Positions 46,466 to 58,556 of a stretch of DNA of 64,000 nt are shown piece by piece. This DNA comes from Balamuthia mandrillaris (Eukaryota). Each line of letters starts with the position of its first letter. Positions within the stretch are counted from its first letter, which is position 1. Where the stretch lies: contig JAVKOQ020000002.1 in the NCBI GenBank assembly GCA_031835245.2, positions 496,001 through 560,000 of the forward strand, given 5' to 3'. The position numbers were made by a program, and so were the translations under genes. The notes below the pieces were generated by a model that searched no databases, was not told where the DNA came from, and worked only from the letters and a program-made list of their open reading frames with translations.

Positions 46466-49400
46466 ATGTCCTGGTCTGTTTTCAGCACCCTCTCTCTTCT
46501 TCTTTGGTTTCTTCTTCTTGTGTGCCCTGCGGTACATGCCGCTCCCTTCCTTCAACAGGAGGCAATGCTGAAGCCCTCTCGGCTGGACCTCCCCGATGAC
46601 ATCCGGTTCGGGAACAGCGGCCTCTCCCTTCGCCACGACCTTTTGGCGGTGGGAGCGGAGAAGGAGAGCAGCAAGCACGAGGGGATCTATCACGGACAAG
46701 ATTTTCCCATCTCCCAGTCTCATCTCTTCTCCGCCCTGCCGGACAACGGCGGGGTTTGGCTGTTCCGCAGGAGTCCATGGGGGACGTGGAAACAGGAGGC
46801 GTTCCTCAAATCCCGAGCCACCAGCGAAGGCGATTGGTTTGGCTTTGCTGTTGAAGTGGTGGACCCGGACACGGTCATAGTCGGTGCTCCTCTCAAAGAA
46901 CATCCAGCGGAGAAGATAGACCTGGGACCCGATTTCAACGAAACCGTCATGCCAAACATGAACTACAACTATGGAGCAGCTTACATCTTTTCTCGAGACG
47001 AGAGTCTTGAATGGAGTCAAGAGGCGATAGTGGGGCCTCCGATTGCTGTTACTGCAGGACGCTTTGGTTCGTCCGTTTCTTCCACCGAACTTGACCCAAC
47101 GACTACGATAGTTGCTGTTGGAATGCCGGGAGAGGACTCGCCGCTACAAGGGAGCTTCTCCGTGGCTCGCTACCTTCAAGACTACGCTCCTGCTTTGTCT
47201 CCTTCTTCCGGCGCTGTTGTCATTTTTCGAAGAGACAGGGAAGAAGACAATCCCAAATGGAGGATGGAAGCAGTGCTGAAACCGTTCTGGGGAGAGGCAG
47301 GAGATCAGTTTGGCTATTCTGTGGCTGCTGATGGAGACTCCATCATCGGAGCTCCTTTCGAAGACTCCACTTCAGCCGACTCGCCCATCAACGATGTCCT
47401 TGTAAACGAGCCAAACAACCTTAAAACCGACTGTGGTGCGGCGTATGTCTTTCAACGCACTATAAACGAAACCAGTGGAGAGGTTGAATGGCAACAACGC
47501 TCCTTTTTTAAGCCACGAAGGTGCGTGCAAGAGTTTGGCGCTTTTGTCGCGTTGAACGGAGATACTGCCGTTGTGAGCAATGGCGAGCAGTCGACCGCCG
47601 AAGAAGCATGGATCTTCGTTCGCGAGCCCTCAAGCCAACAGTGGAGCTCAAAACAACATATGACTCCAACGCTCACACAAGTGGCCGAAGGCGAAGTGCC
47701 CGTTGTGAATTTCGCAAAGCAAGTCGCAATGCAAGGAGATGTGATGCTATGCGGTTCTCCAGCAGAGAGAAGCAGTCGAGCCGGTATCCTCCTCAATGAA
47801 AGCTCGATCTACAATGCTACCAATGAGCCTTCAGGGGGAGTGTTTCTCTTCGTCCGAGAGGCACAAAAGGACTTCGTGGAAACGGCGATATTGAAAGCAT
47901 CGAATGCGGACCCTGCTATAGGTGCTCACATGGGCATTACGGTGAGTTACGATAGAGGCCTTGTTGCCGCAGGAGCTCCGTTCGATCAAAGCGATGAAAA
48001 GGGAGTTACTCATGGCTTTCCTTCTTCTTCGGGTTCTTCTCCAAGAATAGGAGCTGTATTTGTCTTCGCAAGTGACTTGTTTGGAGGATGCGGAGAAGCG
48101 GGCGAGTTTATGGAAGAAAGGGGAGGAAAATGTGTGAATGAAAGATGGCTATTGTTCAGCGATGAAGAAGTGGGAGGAGACGAAGTTTGGAGGGTGGAAG
48201 CGAACAAAAGAGGAGTGGCAGTGAAGGGTTCACTTGTTTTGGAGAAAGGAGGAAGGATCGAGTTTGTTTTGGATGGTGAACAGTTGGAGCGGGAGGAACC
48301 TCTTATATATGTTCGAGACTGTGCCTTGTTGAATGGTTTGTTCTCTGTTGTCACCCACTTATCGCTCTTCTCTCACTCTCACGTTTCTTTGACTTGTAGG
48401 TACTATCCAAGTGGAGTTAACCAACGTTGAGCTCAAGACACAAGTAACATTACCTCTCATCTACGAAGAAAAAGAGTTAACTATCGCTACCGTATGCTCC
48501 TTCGAAGGAGCCATCATCGAAGCAACGTTCTCATCATCAAAGAGAAGACAACAATCCATTCAAGCCTTTCTGCAGCGAAACGGAAAGTTGTTAGAAGCTG
48601 TTCTTATTCCAGACGACGTTCCTCCTCCCGATTCTGCTTCTGCATCTTCCTCTTCATCCTCTTCATCAACGGAAACTGAAAAAGAGGACTCCGAAGAGAC
48701 CAATGTTGTCGTTCCAGCCGTCGTATCAGTTCTGGTTTTCTTGTTGCTCGTTCTAGTTGCTATCTCGGCTGCATTCTTCTTTGTTCGCCGTCAGAAACAA
48801 ATCAAGGGAATAAAGGCTTTCGACGATTCGACTCTGGTAGACGAAACCGAGATGGAGGAAGGAGCCTATTTACGTCAAAGCAAGAAAGAACATGAAACAG
48901 AGGAAAAGGACGATACAGACGAGAAGAGGGACGAAGGAGAAGTAAACGAAGACGATGCTGAACACGAAGAAGGAGATGATGATGAAGTCTATTCAGTTCC
49001 AACAATCCGAAGAGAAGACGTGGAATACACAAAAGATCCCGTTGCAAGTGGAGCTTTTGGGGTAGTATTCAAAGGAATATGGAAAGGAAAGGAATGTGCG
49101 GTGAAGGTTTGCAGCGCTATTATGGTTGACGCACAAATGAGAGATGAGTTCATCCGAGAAGCAGAAATGATGCAGTGCGTTATCTCTTTCTGTTTTTTCT
49201 TTTTTGATCACTTGTCTAATGTTCTTCTTCTTCTTCTTCTTCTTCTTCTTCTTCTTCCTCTTTTCCTTCTTCTTCGTTTTGAAATCAAAGTCAGTTGGGA
49301 GGAAAAGAGAACTACTGCACGACTTTATATGGAGTGATGAAGAAAGGTAATCGTATGTGTCTCATCACGGAATGGGCGGAACATGGATCGGCCTTTGACC

Positions 49401-49944
49401 TTCTGATCAACCCAAAGACGCGAAGAGAAGACGTTCCTTGGTTGGTGGTGGTGAAGATTGCGCGTAATGCAGCCAGAGGCCTTCGTTATCTTCATTCCTT
49501 GAATGTCGTTCATCGAGGTATGTTCGCTTTTTTTAAAAAAAACCGTTCTTCTTCTTCGCCTTTTGAGGCCTGAAAGATCTGTTCTATTCTCTCCGTCGCA
49601 ACAGATGTTGCTGCAAGAAACATTTTGGTTTGTCGAAACTATAGGGCAGTTCTTGGAGACTTTGGGATGTCCAGAGTATTAGAGAAAATGTACCAAACTA
49701 CCAAAAGCAATGTCGGAGCTGTAAAGGTACAGTTCATTCATTCCTTCTATTATGCCCAAAAATGTTTATTTAAAGCTGTGTCATACAGTGGATGGCTCCA
49801 GAAGCGTTTAAGAACCATGAGTACAGCAAAGAAACGGACAGCTTTTCCTTTGGTGTCTTCTTGTGGGAGCTTTGTACCAGACAACAACCATGGCAAGACA
49901 AAGATGTCAATTATGTTGCCCATAAAGTTCTTAACGAAAGTACG

Positions 49945-49982
<38 letters not shown>

Positions 49983-50340
49983 GAAACAGTGAAACTCAAA
50001 TAACTGCAGATGAGCGTTTGCCAATACGAGAGAACGAAGATGAGGTTATGAAGGATCTGCTTATTCGCTGTTGGCAATCGGATCCAAAACTGAGGTTCGT
50101 TTCTCTCTCCCTCTCTCCCTATCTATCTCTACTCTCTCTTCTTTATCTCTGTTTCCGCTTATTCACCTTTGAAATAAATAACTACAAAGACCAAGTCTGG
50201 TGGAGATGTGCGACATTCTCGATGAGTACTATCAAACTTTGAAAAAGGAAGCACTCGAAGACACTCAGCAGAATCAGTTGCGATGCCTCTCCTCTTTTTT
50301 CTCCGATTCCTCCCGGTCCCTCCTTGTGGTGTTGTGCTGA

Positions 50341-50371
<31 letters not shown>

Positions 50372-50418
50372 TGTTCCTCTCTCCGAACAGGGTGGTCGGT
50401 TACATGCAAGCCTCTTAA
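46466..50418 (+). CDS. Receptor kinase: signal peptide, FG-GAP (integrin-alpha-like) beta-propeller ectodomain, TM and tyrosine-kinase-type domain
   Basis: GDWFGFAV..VIVGAP, GRFGSSVS, GDQFGYSVA..IIGAPFED repeats; TM VVVPAVVSVLVFLLLVLVAISAAFFFV; SGAFGVV, CAVK, HR|DVAARN, DFG, VK|WMAPE. The last exon is uncertain (stop at 50340 or 50418). Confidence 0.88.
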
Positions 50419-50621
50419 CAGCAAACACGACAACAAAGGGGGAAAGCAAAGGAACAAAAAACATTAAAGCAGAACAGAATGGAGAACGCAAGTGTATGAA
50501 TAATAGAGAAAAATAAATAAGGTTATTTTTTTTCATTTCTTGTCTGTTGTTCTTCGTCTGCTTCTCCTCTCTTTCCCAATCTTCTCTTCTCTTTTTCTCC
50601 TCTTTTTTTTAAAGTGTTTCT

Positions 50622-51575
50622 CTAAACCTGAGACGCCGGTTTCGCAAACTGTTTGCCTCCCAAGAACATCGCGCAGATGACAAACGGCACATAAGCAATG
50701 GTCGCCACGAAGAACTGCTTGGCCGTCCTTCTCTCCGTCGGCTCCCTCCGGAACCTCTGCGCAAAGCCCAACAACGCCACATGCGCTCCCACCAGGAAAG
50801 GCACTGCCACCGGTCGCACCAACTCTAAGGACCAGCTCAAGGGGAAGCACATGGCCACGGTGAAGCCGAGCGCAATGTCGGCGGCTGCTCGAGCGTCCTG
50901 TTGCACGGGCAGCACTTGAAAGTGTCCGCGATGGTAGTCTTCGAGGTTCTTCACGCAGACGGCCATGGTGTGGGGAATCTGCCAGAGGTACATTAACGTT
51001 GGGAGGATGAAGGCCGAAGCGGGGAGGTTGTTTTGAGGGAGGGACGGGGCGAGCGAAGTGGAGGAGGAAGAAGAAGAGGGATAAGAAGGATGAGAAGTCC
51101 AGCCGATGAGAGGAGGGATGGCGCCGACGATGGCGCCCCACCAAGTGCTGCTGGGAGCGCGTTGCTTCATGGGAGTGTAAATGCCGGCGTAGATGAAGAT
51201 GTTGGCGGCGGCGAGGATGGCCGACACCGGCTGCACCCGGTAGAGCATGCCGAAGCCGGCCACGGCCGTCGCCAGCGAGAAGCAAGCGGCGTGGGCGGGG
51301 GAGATACGGCCCGAGGGCAAGGCACGGCCGCAGGTTCGCACCATCGCGCGGTCGTTCTCCACCTCCAGGATCCTGTTGAGGCAGCTGGCGGAGCAGGAGG
51401 TCAGCCAGGTGCCGGCGCAGACAATCCAAAACTCTCCCTGAAGGAGCTCGGAGAGGAGGCTGGAGGAGTTGCTGGCGGCGAGAAGGCGCCCTCCCGCTGC
51501 GGTGAGGACCACCGAGCCGGTCAGATGCGGGTTGGAGAGCTCGTAGTAGTCCTTCAGCGTTTGTAACAGCCCCAT
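50622..51575 (-). CDS. COX10: Protoheme IX farnesyltransferase (heme O synthase), intronless
   Basis: LNRILEVENDRAMVRTCGRALPSGRIS; YTPMK..TWWGAIVGAIPPLIGW; WQIPH..DY..G. Confidence 0.9.
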   Translation of the reverse strand: MGLLQTLKDYYELSNPHLTGSVVLTAAGGRLLAASNSSSLLSELLQGEFWIVCAGTWLTSCSASCLNRILEVENDRAMVRTCGRALPSGRISPAHAACFSLATAVAGFGMLYRVQPVSAILAAANIFIYAGIYTPMKQRAPSSTWWGAIVGAIPPLIGWTSHPSYPSSSSSSTSLAPSLPQNNLPASAFILPTLMYLWQIPHTMAVCVKNLEDYHRGHFQVLPVQQDARAAADIALGFTVAMCFPLSWSLELVRPVAVPFLVGAHVALLGFAQRFRREPTERRTAKQFFVATIAYVPFVICAMFLGGKQFAKPASQV

Positions 51576-51818
51576 CTTGTGTTGTTGTTTTTTTTTAACT
51601 GTTTCACTCACTCAACTTTTTTTAGCCGATCAAAGAATCATCTAAAGAAGAAAGACGAGAAGGAGGAGAAAAAGAAGAAAGGATTGGACGAGGAGCAGCG
51701 CAGCGACCTCCTCTAGACTTAATCTTTTCTTTTCTTTTTTTTCTTCGAAGCGCATTTAATGTCGACAATGCTGTACGACTTGTGCAGCAGTTGTTGAGGA
51801 GCGAAAGTCGACAGTTTA

Positions 51819-53278
51819 TCATTTATTGTTTGAGGAGCCATTGGAGCGGAGTTGGTGGCGCAACCCCTCCAGGTACTCCTGGGAGGCAGCATTCCCTCCG
51901 CAGACGATCACCAGCACCGGCCGTTGTGGTTGTGGTTGTGGCTCCGGTTCCTCTTCTTCGTTCCTCTGCTTCTTGTTCATAAAGTCCAAAAGCTGTGGAT
52001 GCTTGTTGTAGACCACAGCTAATCCGGCTGCAAAGGAGAAACAACAACAAGTCGTTAGTTCCTGCTGATATATGTATGTCTCTCTATGTCTTTCTGTTCT
52101 GTCTCTGTTTGTTGCTATCCAACAAGGAAGAGAAAGCAAATACCTCCGCAAGATGGTTCTACGTAAAGTTGGTGGTCCCTGTAAAAGTCGATGCACGCCT
52201 CCACGGCCTGAGCATCGGAGACAACGCAAGATTGAATGGGATGCTCGGACGCCCATTCGAATGCTCGTTGCGCCACTTGTAATGCTCCTAATGTCTTTGC
52301 CACGCTTGTTATCTCTGTCAAGCTCACCAATTGTCCTTTTGTTGGCAAAACAAATAAGAGAAGGAGAAGGAGAAGGAGGAGAAGAAGAAGAAGGAGACGA
52401 AAAAACAACAGTAACCACAACATGTCGTTTACCTGCAGTGACAGCTGCATGAAAGGAGTGGGCTCCTTGTGTCTCTACGGCCAAGATAGGGACGTCCTTC
52501 CACCCAGCCTTTTGCAATCCTTCTGCGACTCCACACAACAGACCACCTCCTATTATACCACAAACAGCAGAACAATGATGAGAGGGAGAAGGAGTGAATG
52601 AAAGTTGAGCATTCAACCTCCAACCACGCAAACAACGACAGCAGGCTTGGGAATGTTGTGCCGTAGGAAGTCATCACGTATTTCCTCCACAATGCTGCTG
52701 TGGCCCTCCCAAATGTCAGGCAGATCAAATGGAGGTATGTACGCTGTGTCCTCTTTCTTGGCCATCTCTCTCGCCACTGCATCTGCTTCGTTCCACACCT
52801 TGCCTGTTCGTTTGTTCTGTTCTTGTTAGTCCCTGTCTCTTTCTCATGGGTGGAGAGAGAAACGAAGGAAGACATAATGGAGAGAAACAGCTAGAAACGG
52901 AGCAAGCGAACGAGAGGACAAGAGACAGAGGAGAATGAGAGAACAAGAGAAGAGAACAAAGCACATAGCACTCAACAAAACCAGAAAGAGAGAGAAATGA
53001 GAACCATGCACGACGACGGTAGCTTCTTGCTGTCTGATCTTGTCCATCATGAAGGCGGGTGTGGAGGAAGGGACCACTACCGTAACCGGCACGCCCAACA
53101 ACCTTCCAGCATACGCCACCGCATAACTGTTTTTTTTAACAAAAAGTAAGTTCGTTACAAGCACCGCCTTCTCTCCGGCATAAAAGACGGATGTAAACGA
53201 ACCCAGCGTTGCCTCCCGATGAACAAACCAACGTTTTCGCACCCCTCTCTACCGCTCTACTGCATGCAAGTCCTTTTG

Positions 53279-53320
<42 letters not shown>

Positions 53321-53524
53321 GAAGAGATGAGCGATCAAGAGGAAATGATTGACAAACAGCGAAAGAGGAGGGAAAAAACCGATGCCGCGGATCTTGAAGG
53401 ACCCGGAAGGCTGGAGAGCGTCCATCTTCAACCAGACGGGGGAGGCGAGGAGCTGCGACAGTGGCTCCGACTGAACCAACGGCGTGTTCTCGTGGAATAC
53501 GCGTGAGCCTTTCGTTTCTTCCAT
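51819..53524 (-). CDS. SDS: L-serine dehydratase/L-threonine deaminase, PLP fold type II; multi-exon
   Basis: TPL..S..VWLKMDALQPSGSFKIRGI; SSGGNAG; IPPFD.PDIWEGH; VG|GGGLLCG; VEPSCG; VIVCGG. Confidence 0.92.
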
Positions 53525-53560
53525 TTCTTTTTATTTCTTTCTCAACCAAAAAAAAAAACT

Positions 53561-53700
53561 AAGAAGAAGAAGAAGAAGAATAACAAGAAGAACAACAACA
53601 AGAAGAAGAAGGAGAAGAAGAAGAAGAAGAAGAAGAAGAAGAAGAAGAAGAAGAAGAAGAAGAAGCACAAGAAGAAGAAGAACAAGAAGAAGGATAGAAG
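53561..53700. repeat. (GAA)n microsatellite, intergenic
   Basis: Seen directly. Confidence 0.9.
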
Positions 53701-53760
53701 GAAGAGAGAAATGAAAGCAAGCAGAGAATAATCCTATATAAACAAGCATTGAAAACACCT

Positions 53761-55360
53761 TTACAAGAGCTGATCAAAAGCGCGTTTAAAGTCGCCCTTA
53801 AACGTCTGCACCCTCTTAAACTCGTACGTACAATACTTGTCGCCAGCGACCCTCAATGAGGTGGGCGTGTCCACCCGCAGGTTGTGCTTCTGGCTGTCAA
53901 CGATGCTCTTCCAGTCTTGGCCCCATTGGCAGAGGAGGGGCGTTAGGAAGGCCGCTTGGTTCTGTTGGCAGAAGCTGTGGAAGAAGCATTTCTTGACTAG
54001 CATCGCCACATAGTATTCTTGTTGAGGGTCTTCCTCGATTTCTGAGGATAGAATGAAAGTAAGGTTACAACATAGAAAGAGAAACAATGAAGAAGGAAGA
54101 ATGGAGAATGAAGAAAAAGCTGGAGGAGACAAACAAGAAGAAGACAAAGAAGAAGAAAACAAAAACAGAATGAAGAGAAAATACCTATTGAAAAAGAGTT
54201 GCCAAGTATACGGGCACGTTTCTTAGAGAAGTCACAAAAAAAAAGTTACATTAACACAAGAAAGAGACAAGAGAGGATAACGAAGGTATACACACTTTAA
54301 AGGAGGCTGACAAGACAGGGAGTGGATTAGGAGCGAAGAGAGGTACTTCCATGCATGCTTTCTTCAACTGGTTTCTTCCTTTCTCCTGCACGAAACATTC
54401 CTTCAAGATGTCTATCAAAACGGCGTGATCGTTTACTATCGGGTACAACACACGATATCCAGCCAACAGCACTGCGCTCATTTGCAGGAAGCCTGTTGTT
54501 CAATGGTTAATAAAGTGTCTACTGTCTTCTTCATTTCCCTTTCTCCTTTCTTCTTTCTCCTTTCTTCATTCTTCATTCTTCTTTTTTTGCTTCTTGCTTC
54601 TTGCTTCTTGCTTCTTCTTGTTCCGTTGCTTTCTCGTTCTCCTCGCCACCCTCTCCCTCTCATAGGCAGGTAAATGCGAGAAGTTACCAGCAGATTGCTT
54701 GTCAGAGACAAGGTTCTGGTTCTCCTTGACAATCTTCTCCGTCTCCAGCTTGATCTCCGGCAGCACCTTGGACTTTAGCACATGGGAGGGCACCGCCAAC
54801 TGGCGCAGCAGGGTGGGGTTGTTCCTCACGTTTTGGAGGAACTGCTGCGGGATGGTCTTCTTGGTGAGGTGGGTCATGGCCGCGGCCAAGGCCTTCTCCA
54901 CCAAGCCCACCGGTCGGTTGTGTTTTGGCGAGGGTGGTGGTGGAGGAGTAGGAGGAGAGAACGAAGGAGGAGTGTTGGTGCCGCTGCTGCCGCTGCCAAT
55001 GAATGAGGAAGAGGAGAGTGTTGACGCCGAGGAGCAGGTAGCAGGAGGAGCGTGCTCCAGTGGAGAAGAGAGGACCAAAGAAGGAGTGGCAACAGAGAGA
55101 GGAGGAGAGGGTGCATGCATGGAAGTGTGTGCGTTGGAAGGATCAGCAAAGGGGCTGAAATGAAGGGAAGGAGGAGTTGGAGGAGCAGAGGAGGAGCAGC
55201 AACAAGAGGGGGAAGAACAAGTAGTGCGAAGCTGAAGCGAAGGTTCACGTAGGCCAAACGGTCTTGCATAGGAAAGCAAAAGAGGAGTGCGAGCTGCCCT
55301 CACAGGCGATGGCTTGCAGCTGGAGGCCACCAACAACACCAGCGTTCCGCCCTTTCTCAT
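53761..55360 (-). CDS. ATC-hydrolase (L-2-amino-thiazoline-4-carboxylate hydrolase)-family protein with a presequence-like N-terminus (4 exons)
   Basis: C-terminal VKKCFFHSFC....AFLTPLLCQW...W..IVD..KHNLRV..PTSL..AGDKYCTYEFKR fits the three-Cys pattern of the family. Confidence 0.65.
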
Positions 55361-55635
55361 CCTTTTGTTTGTTTGTTTTTTGTTTTTTTGCTTCTGGCTA
55401 CTAAACTCGTGTCGACACGGATAATTAAGAGGTACAATTTGTCGACATAAACAATGCAAGGAAAAAGGGCAGCAAAACAGTCTTTTTCGGAAAAGTCCTG
55501 TGTATCCCTCCTCCGAGCACATAAAAGAAGACAAAGACAGACAAAGGGCCGAAGGGGCGAGGAGAAAGAAGAGCTCCGCGTTTCGAAAAATTCTACTGAG
55601 TTCAAGTGCACAAAAAAACAAATAAACAAGGGTAT

Positions 55636-57598
55636 TTAAGGAACAAGGGTGGCCAAGGACTTGCTGAAGAGAGGGAAGTTGACGGAGCCCCATCCGGTCA
55701 AAGGATCCCATCCAGCGGTGGCGTTGAAGCCCAAGGGGCAGCAGACCTGTTGGCCAGGGTTGCCAGCGCAGCAGTTGTTCTCTCCGATCTTGACGTCATT
55801 GAAAGCGGGGGACTTCTGGTAGCCCAACTGGTAGAGGGTGGGATTGATGAAGCCCAAGGGACCCTTGCCGTTGTTGAAGCGCATGTCGTTGATGAGGGTG
55901 ATCATGCCGGCAAAGACGGGGCTGGAAGCAGAGGTGCCGCTAAGCACGTAGCTCTGGCCGCCGATCACCACAACGTAGTTGTGTCCAAGGAGGGCCACGT
56001 CGGGGTAACCACGGCCCTTGCTGTTGAACTTGCTGAGAGGAGGCAGGTTGGGGGCAGTCTTGAAGTAGGTCTGCACGGCCTGGTCCTGGTAGCTGGGGCG
56101 GTTAAAGTGGATGGAGAAGCCACCGCCGGTAGTGATGAGGCCACCAGCGTTGGACATGCAGGCAATCTCTGGGTGACCGAACTCGGGGCCTTGAGTGGCA
56201 CCCACAGCGACGACGTAGGGAGAGGTAGCGGGGAAAGAGGGGCTGAAACCGCACATGGAGGGGTCATCACGGGCCTCGAAGTTAGCCACACCGTCATCTC
56301 CAGATGAGACCATGATGGTCAAACCCTGAAGGCCGAGCTTGCAGACGTCCGTGTTGAAGCGTTGGACATCCTCGTCGGGATCCTCAGCAGCCAGGGAGCC
56401 GTAGCTGATGGAGTGGACAAGAGGAGGGTTGGAGGTTTTGTAGAGAGCGAGGATCCAGTCCAGGAAGGGGTCCTGGGCGGACGCGTCGATAGACCAGTAA
56501 GTGGTGGTGGCCTCTTGGGCAATGGCCATCATGTACTGCACGTCCAAGTTGGCCTCAGCGCAGGTGTCCGGGTCGGACTCGCAAGCGTTGGGGTTGTTGG
56601 GGCCGATGACCTTGTCCACGGCTTTCTGTTTAAGGCCAAACTGCTTCTGGAAGGTGGTGAGATCCTTGGGAGAGAAGTCCTGGCCCAAAGCCTCGAAGAG
56701 GGATTGAGTTGCCTTGGGGCTGGTGACGATGGTGTTGCTGATGCCGTAGAACTTGGTGATGTCCTGAGGGGTGATGGTACCCTTGGCCCTGCTGTTAACC
56801 TTGTGGGACATGAAGTTCATCTTTTGGCTGGGGGGGAAGTAGATGGTGTTGCCCACAAAGTCTACCTTGTCGGCAACCTAACAAGAAGGATGGGGTAAAT
56901 CAGCAAAGGCAAAGGTCGAGTTCGACGGTGACAAGGGTTGAATTTACCTCCTTGGGAAGGGAGAAGTAGGGAGTCCTCATGATGGAACGACCATGGTGGG
57001 GGGAGCGGAAGGTGTGGAACTGAGCACCGAGCAAGTCCTCCAATTCCTCAATGGTGGCATCCACACTGACGTAGTCACCATTGATGGTGGTGGTGAAGCT
57101 GAAGCCCTTGCTGGCCAACCAGTCCTCAACAGCCTTTGGTTTGAATGAGAACAAGATTTCAAGAAATCAGTGTGAGATTTCTTGTGAAAGACAGAAAGAA
57201 AAAGAGGAAGAGTAAAAAAATCTCACTCATTGAGTGAGAAAAGATGGAGGGTAGTGTACCTTGGTGTATTCAGGCACAGAGAACAGCTCTCCAACCTCTT
57301 GGACAGTTAGGTGCTTGCCCCTCCTCTCAGAGATGGAGAGAGGGTTGGAGATCTCGTCCAACAGCGAGTCGCAAGAGTCGGCGGCGCCCTCCTTGTTCTT
57401 CACGGCAAAGACAACGGTGTGGAACTGCTCAGCGGGGGTCTTGCCCACCAAGGTCCAGCCCTTGGGGTTACAGAAGCCCTCGTAGGCGCAGAGGGCGGTC
57501 TTGGGGGCGGTGAAGGCAGAGATGTGAGGGTCTTTGGCCGAGCAGGCGGCCACAAAGCAGAGCGCGGCAACAGCCACAACCGCAGTGAGGGTCCTCAT
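55636..57598 (-). CDS. TPP1: Sedolisin/tripeptidyl-peptidase I (S53) preproprotease (3 exons)
   Basis: Signal peptide and prodomain, then EANLDVQY, SISYG, SSGDDG, FPATSPYVVAVGAT, GRGYPDVA, SGTSASSP, GWDPLTGWG. Confidence 0.93.
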
Positions 57599-57900
57599 TA
57601 TTCGTGTGTGTAGTGCAGTCAGTGCGACGCGGGAAAAAAAAAGTGAGGGTGCTGAAAGAACTACACTTAATTTTTTTTGACGATTTTATAAGTGGCGATC
57701 TAGGCATGAAAATGGAAAATGCTGGCGTATTAGGATATGAAGCGATAGGGCGGAAAAGTTGACGGAAGAGGCGTGGGCGAGGGGTCCTTAAACTGAATTT
57801 TCGCGTAATTCTACCCCAATAAGGAAAGTAATTTCGTTGCCACAGCCAATCGGCATTCTTATCGGAGGTTTTTGTGTTTTACATGGGGTAAAAAAAAAGC

Positions 57901-58313
57901 TCATACAAGAAAGTCGTTCGCTTGGTCGTCCGGATGATGAGAATTGGAAGAAGAGGATTCAAGATGGACGCAATGCCGCTCATACTCACGGAGTTGCTGC
58001 TCGAAATGAGGGTTGGGCTTTATGGTGGGCCGTTTCTCTTGGGCGAAACGCAAGGCGTCATCGTAGGTCATCCCGCGAGAAGCCATTAGATAGGCCAACA
58101 CAATGGATCCGCTGCGCGACCGCCCCTGTACACTGTCAATCAAAAAAAAAAAAAAACACACACACACAATAACCGAGTCAGACAGAAAGAAAGGTCGAAT
58201 AACATAGGAAGAAAGTTGAGGAGAGAAGGGTACCAATGAACAAGCACTCTTTCGCTAGCAGAAAGAGCTTTGACGAAAAGAGGTGAGAAACTTCAAAGAA
58301 AGAAAGAAACGAC

Positions 58314-58353
<40 letters not shown>

Positions 58354-58448
58354 AACGACAAGAAAGAAAGAAAGAAAGAAAGAAAGAAACGACAAGAAAG
58401 AAGAAAAGAAAGAAAGAAAGAAAGAAAAGAAAGAAAGAAAGAAACGAC

Positions 58449-58499
<51 letters not shown>

Positions 58500-58500
58500 A

Positions 58501-58556
<56 letters not shown>

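Noticed and set aside
57901..58236. Apparent catalytically dead phosphatase (DSVQGRSRS in the ORF track)
   Set aside because: Splicing a small upstream exon restores the active HCVQGRSRS motif.
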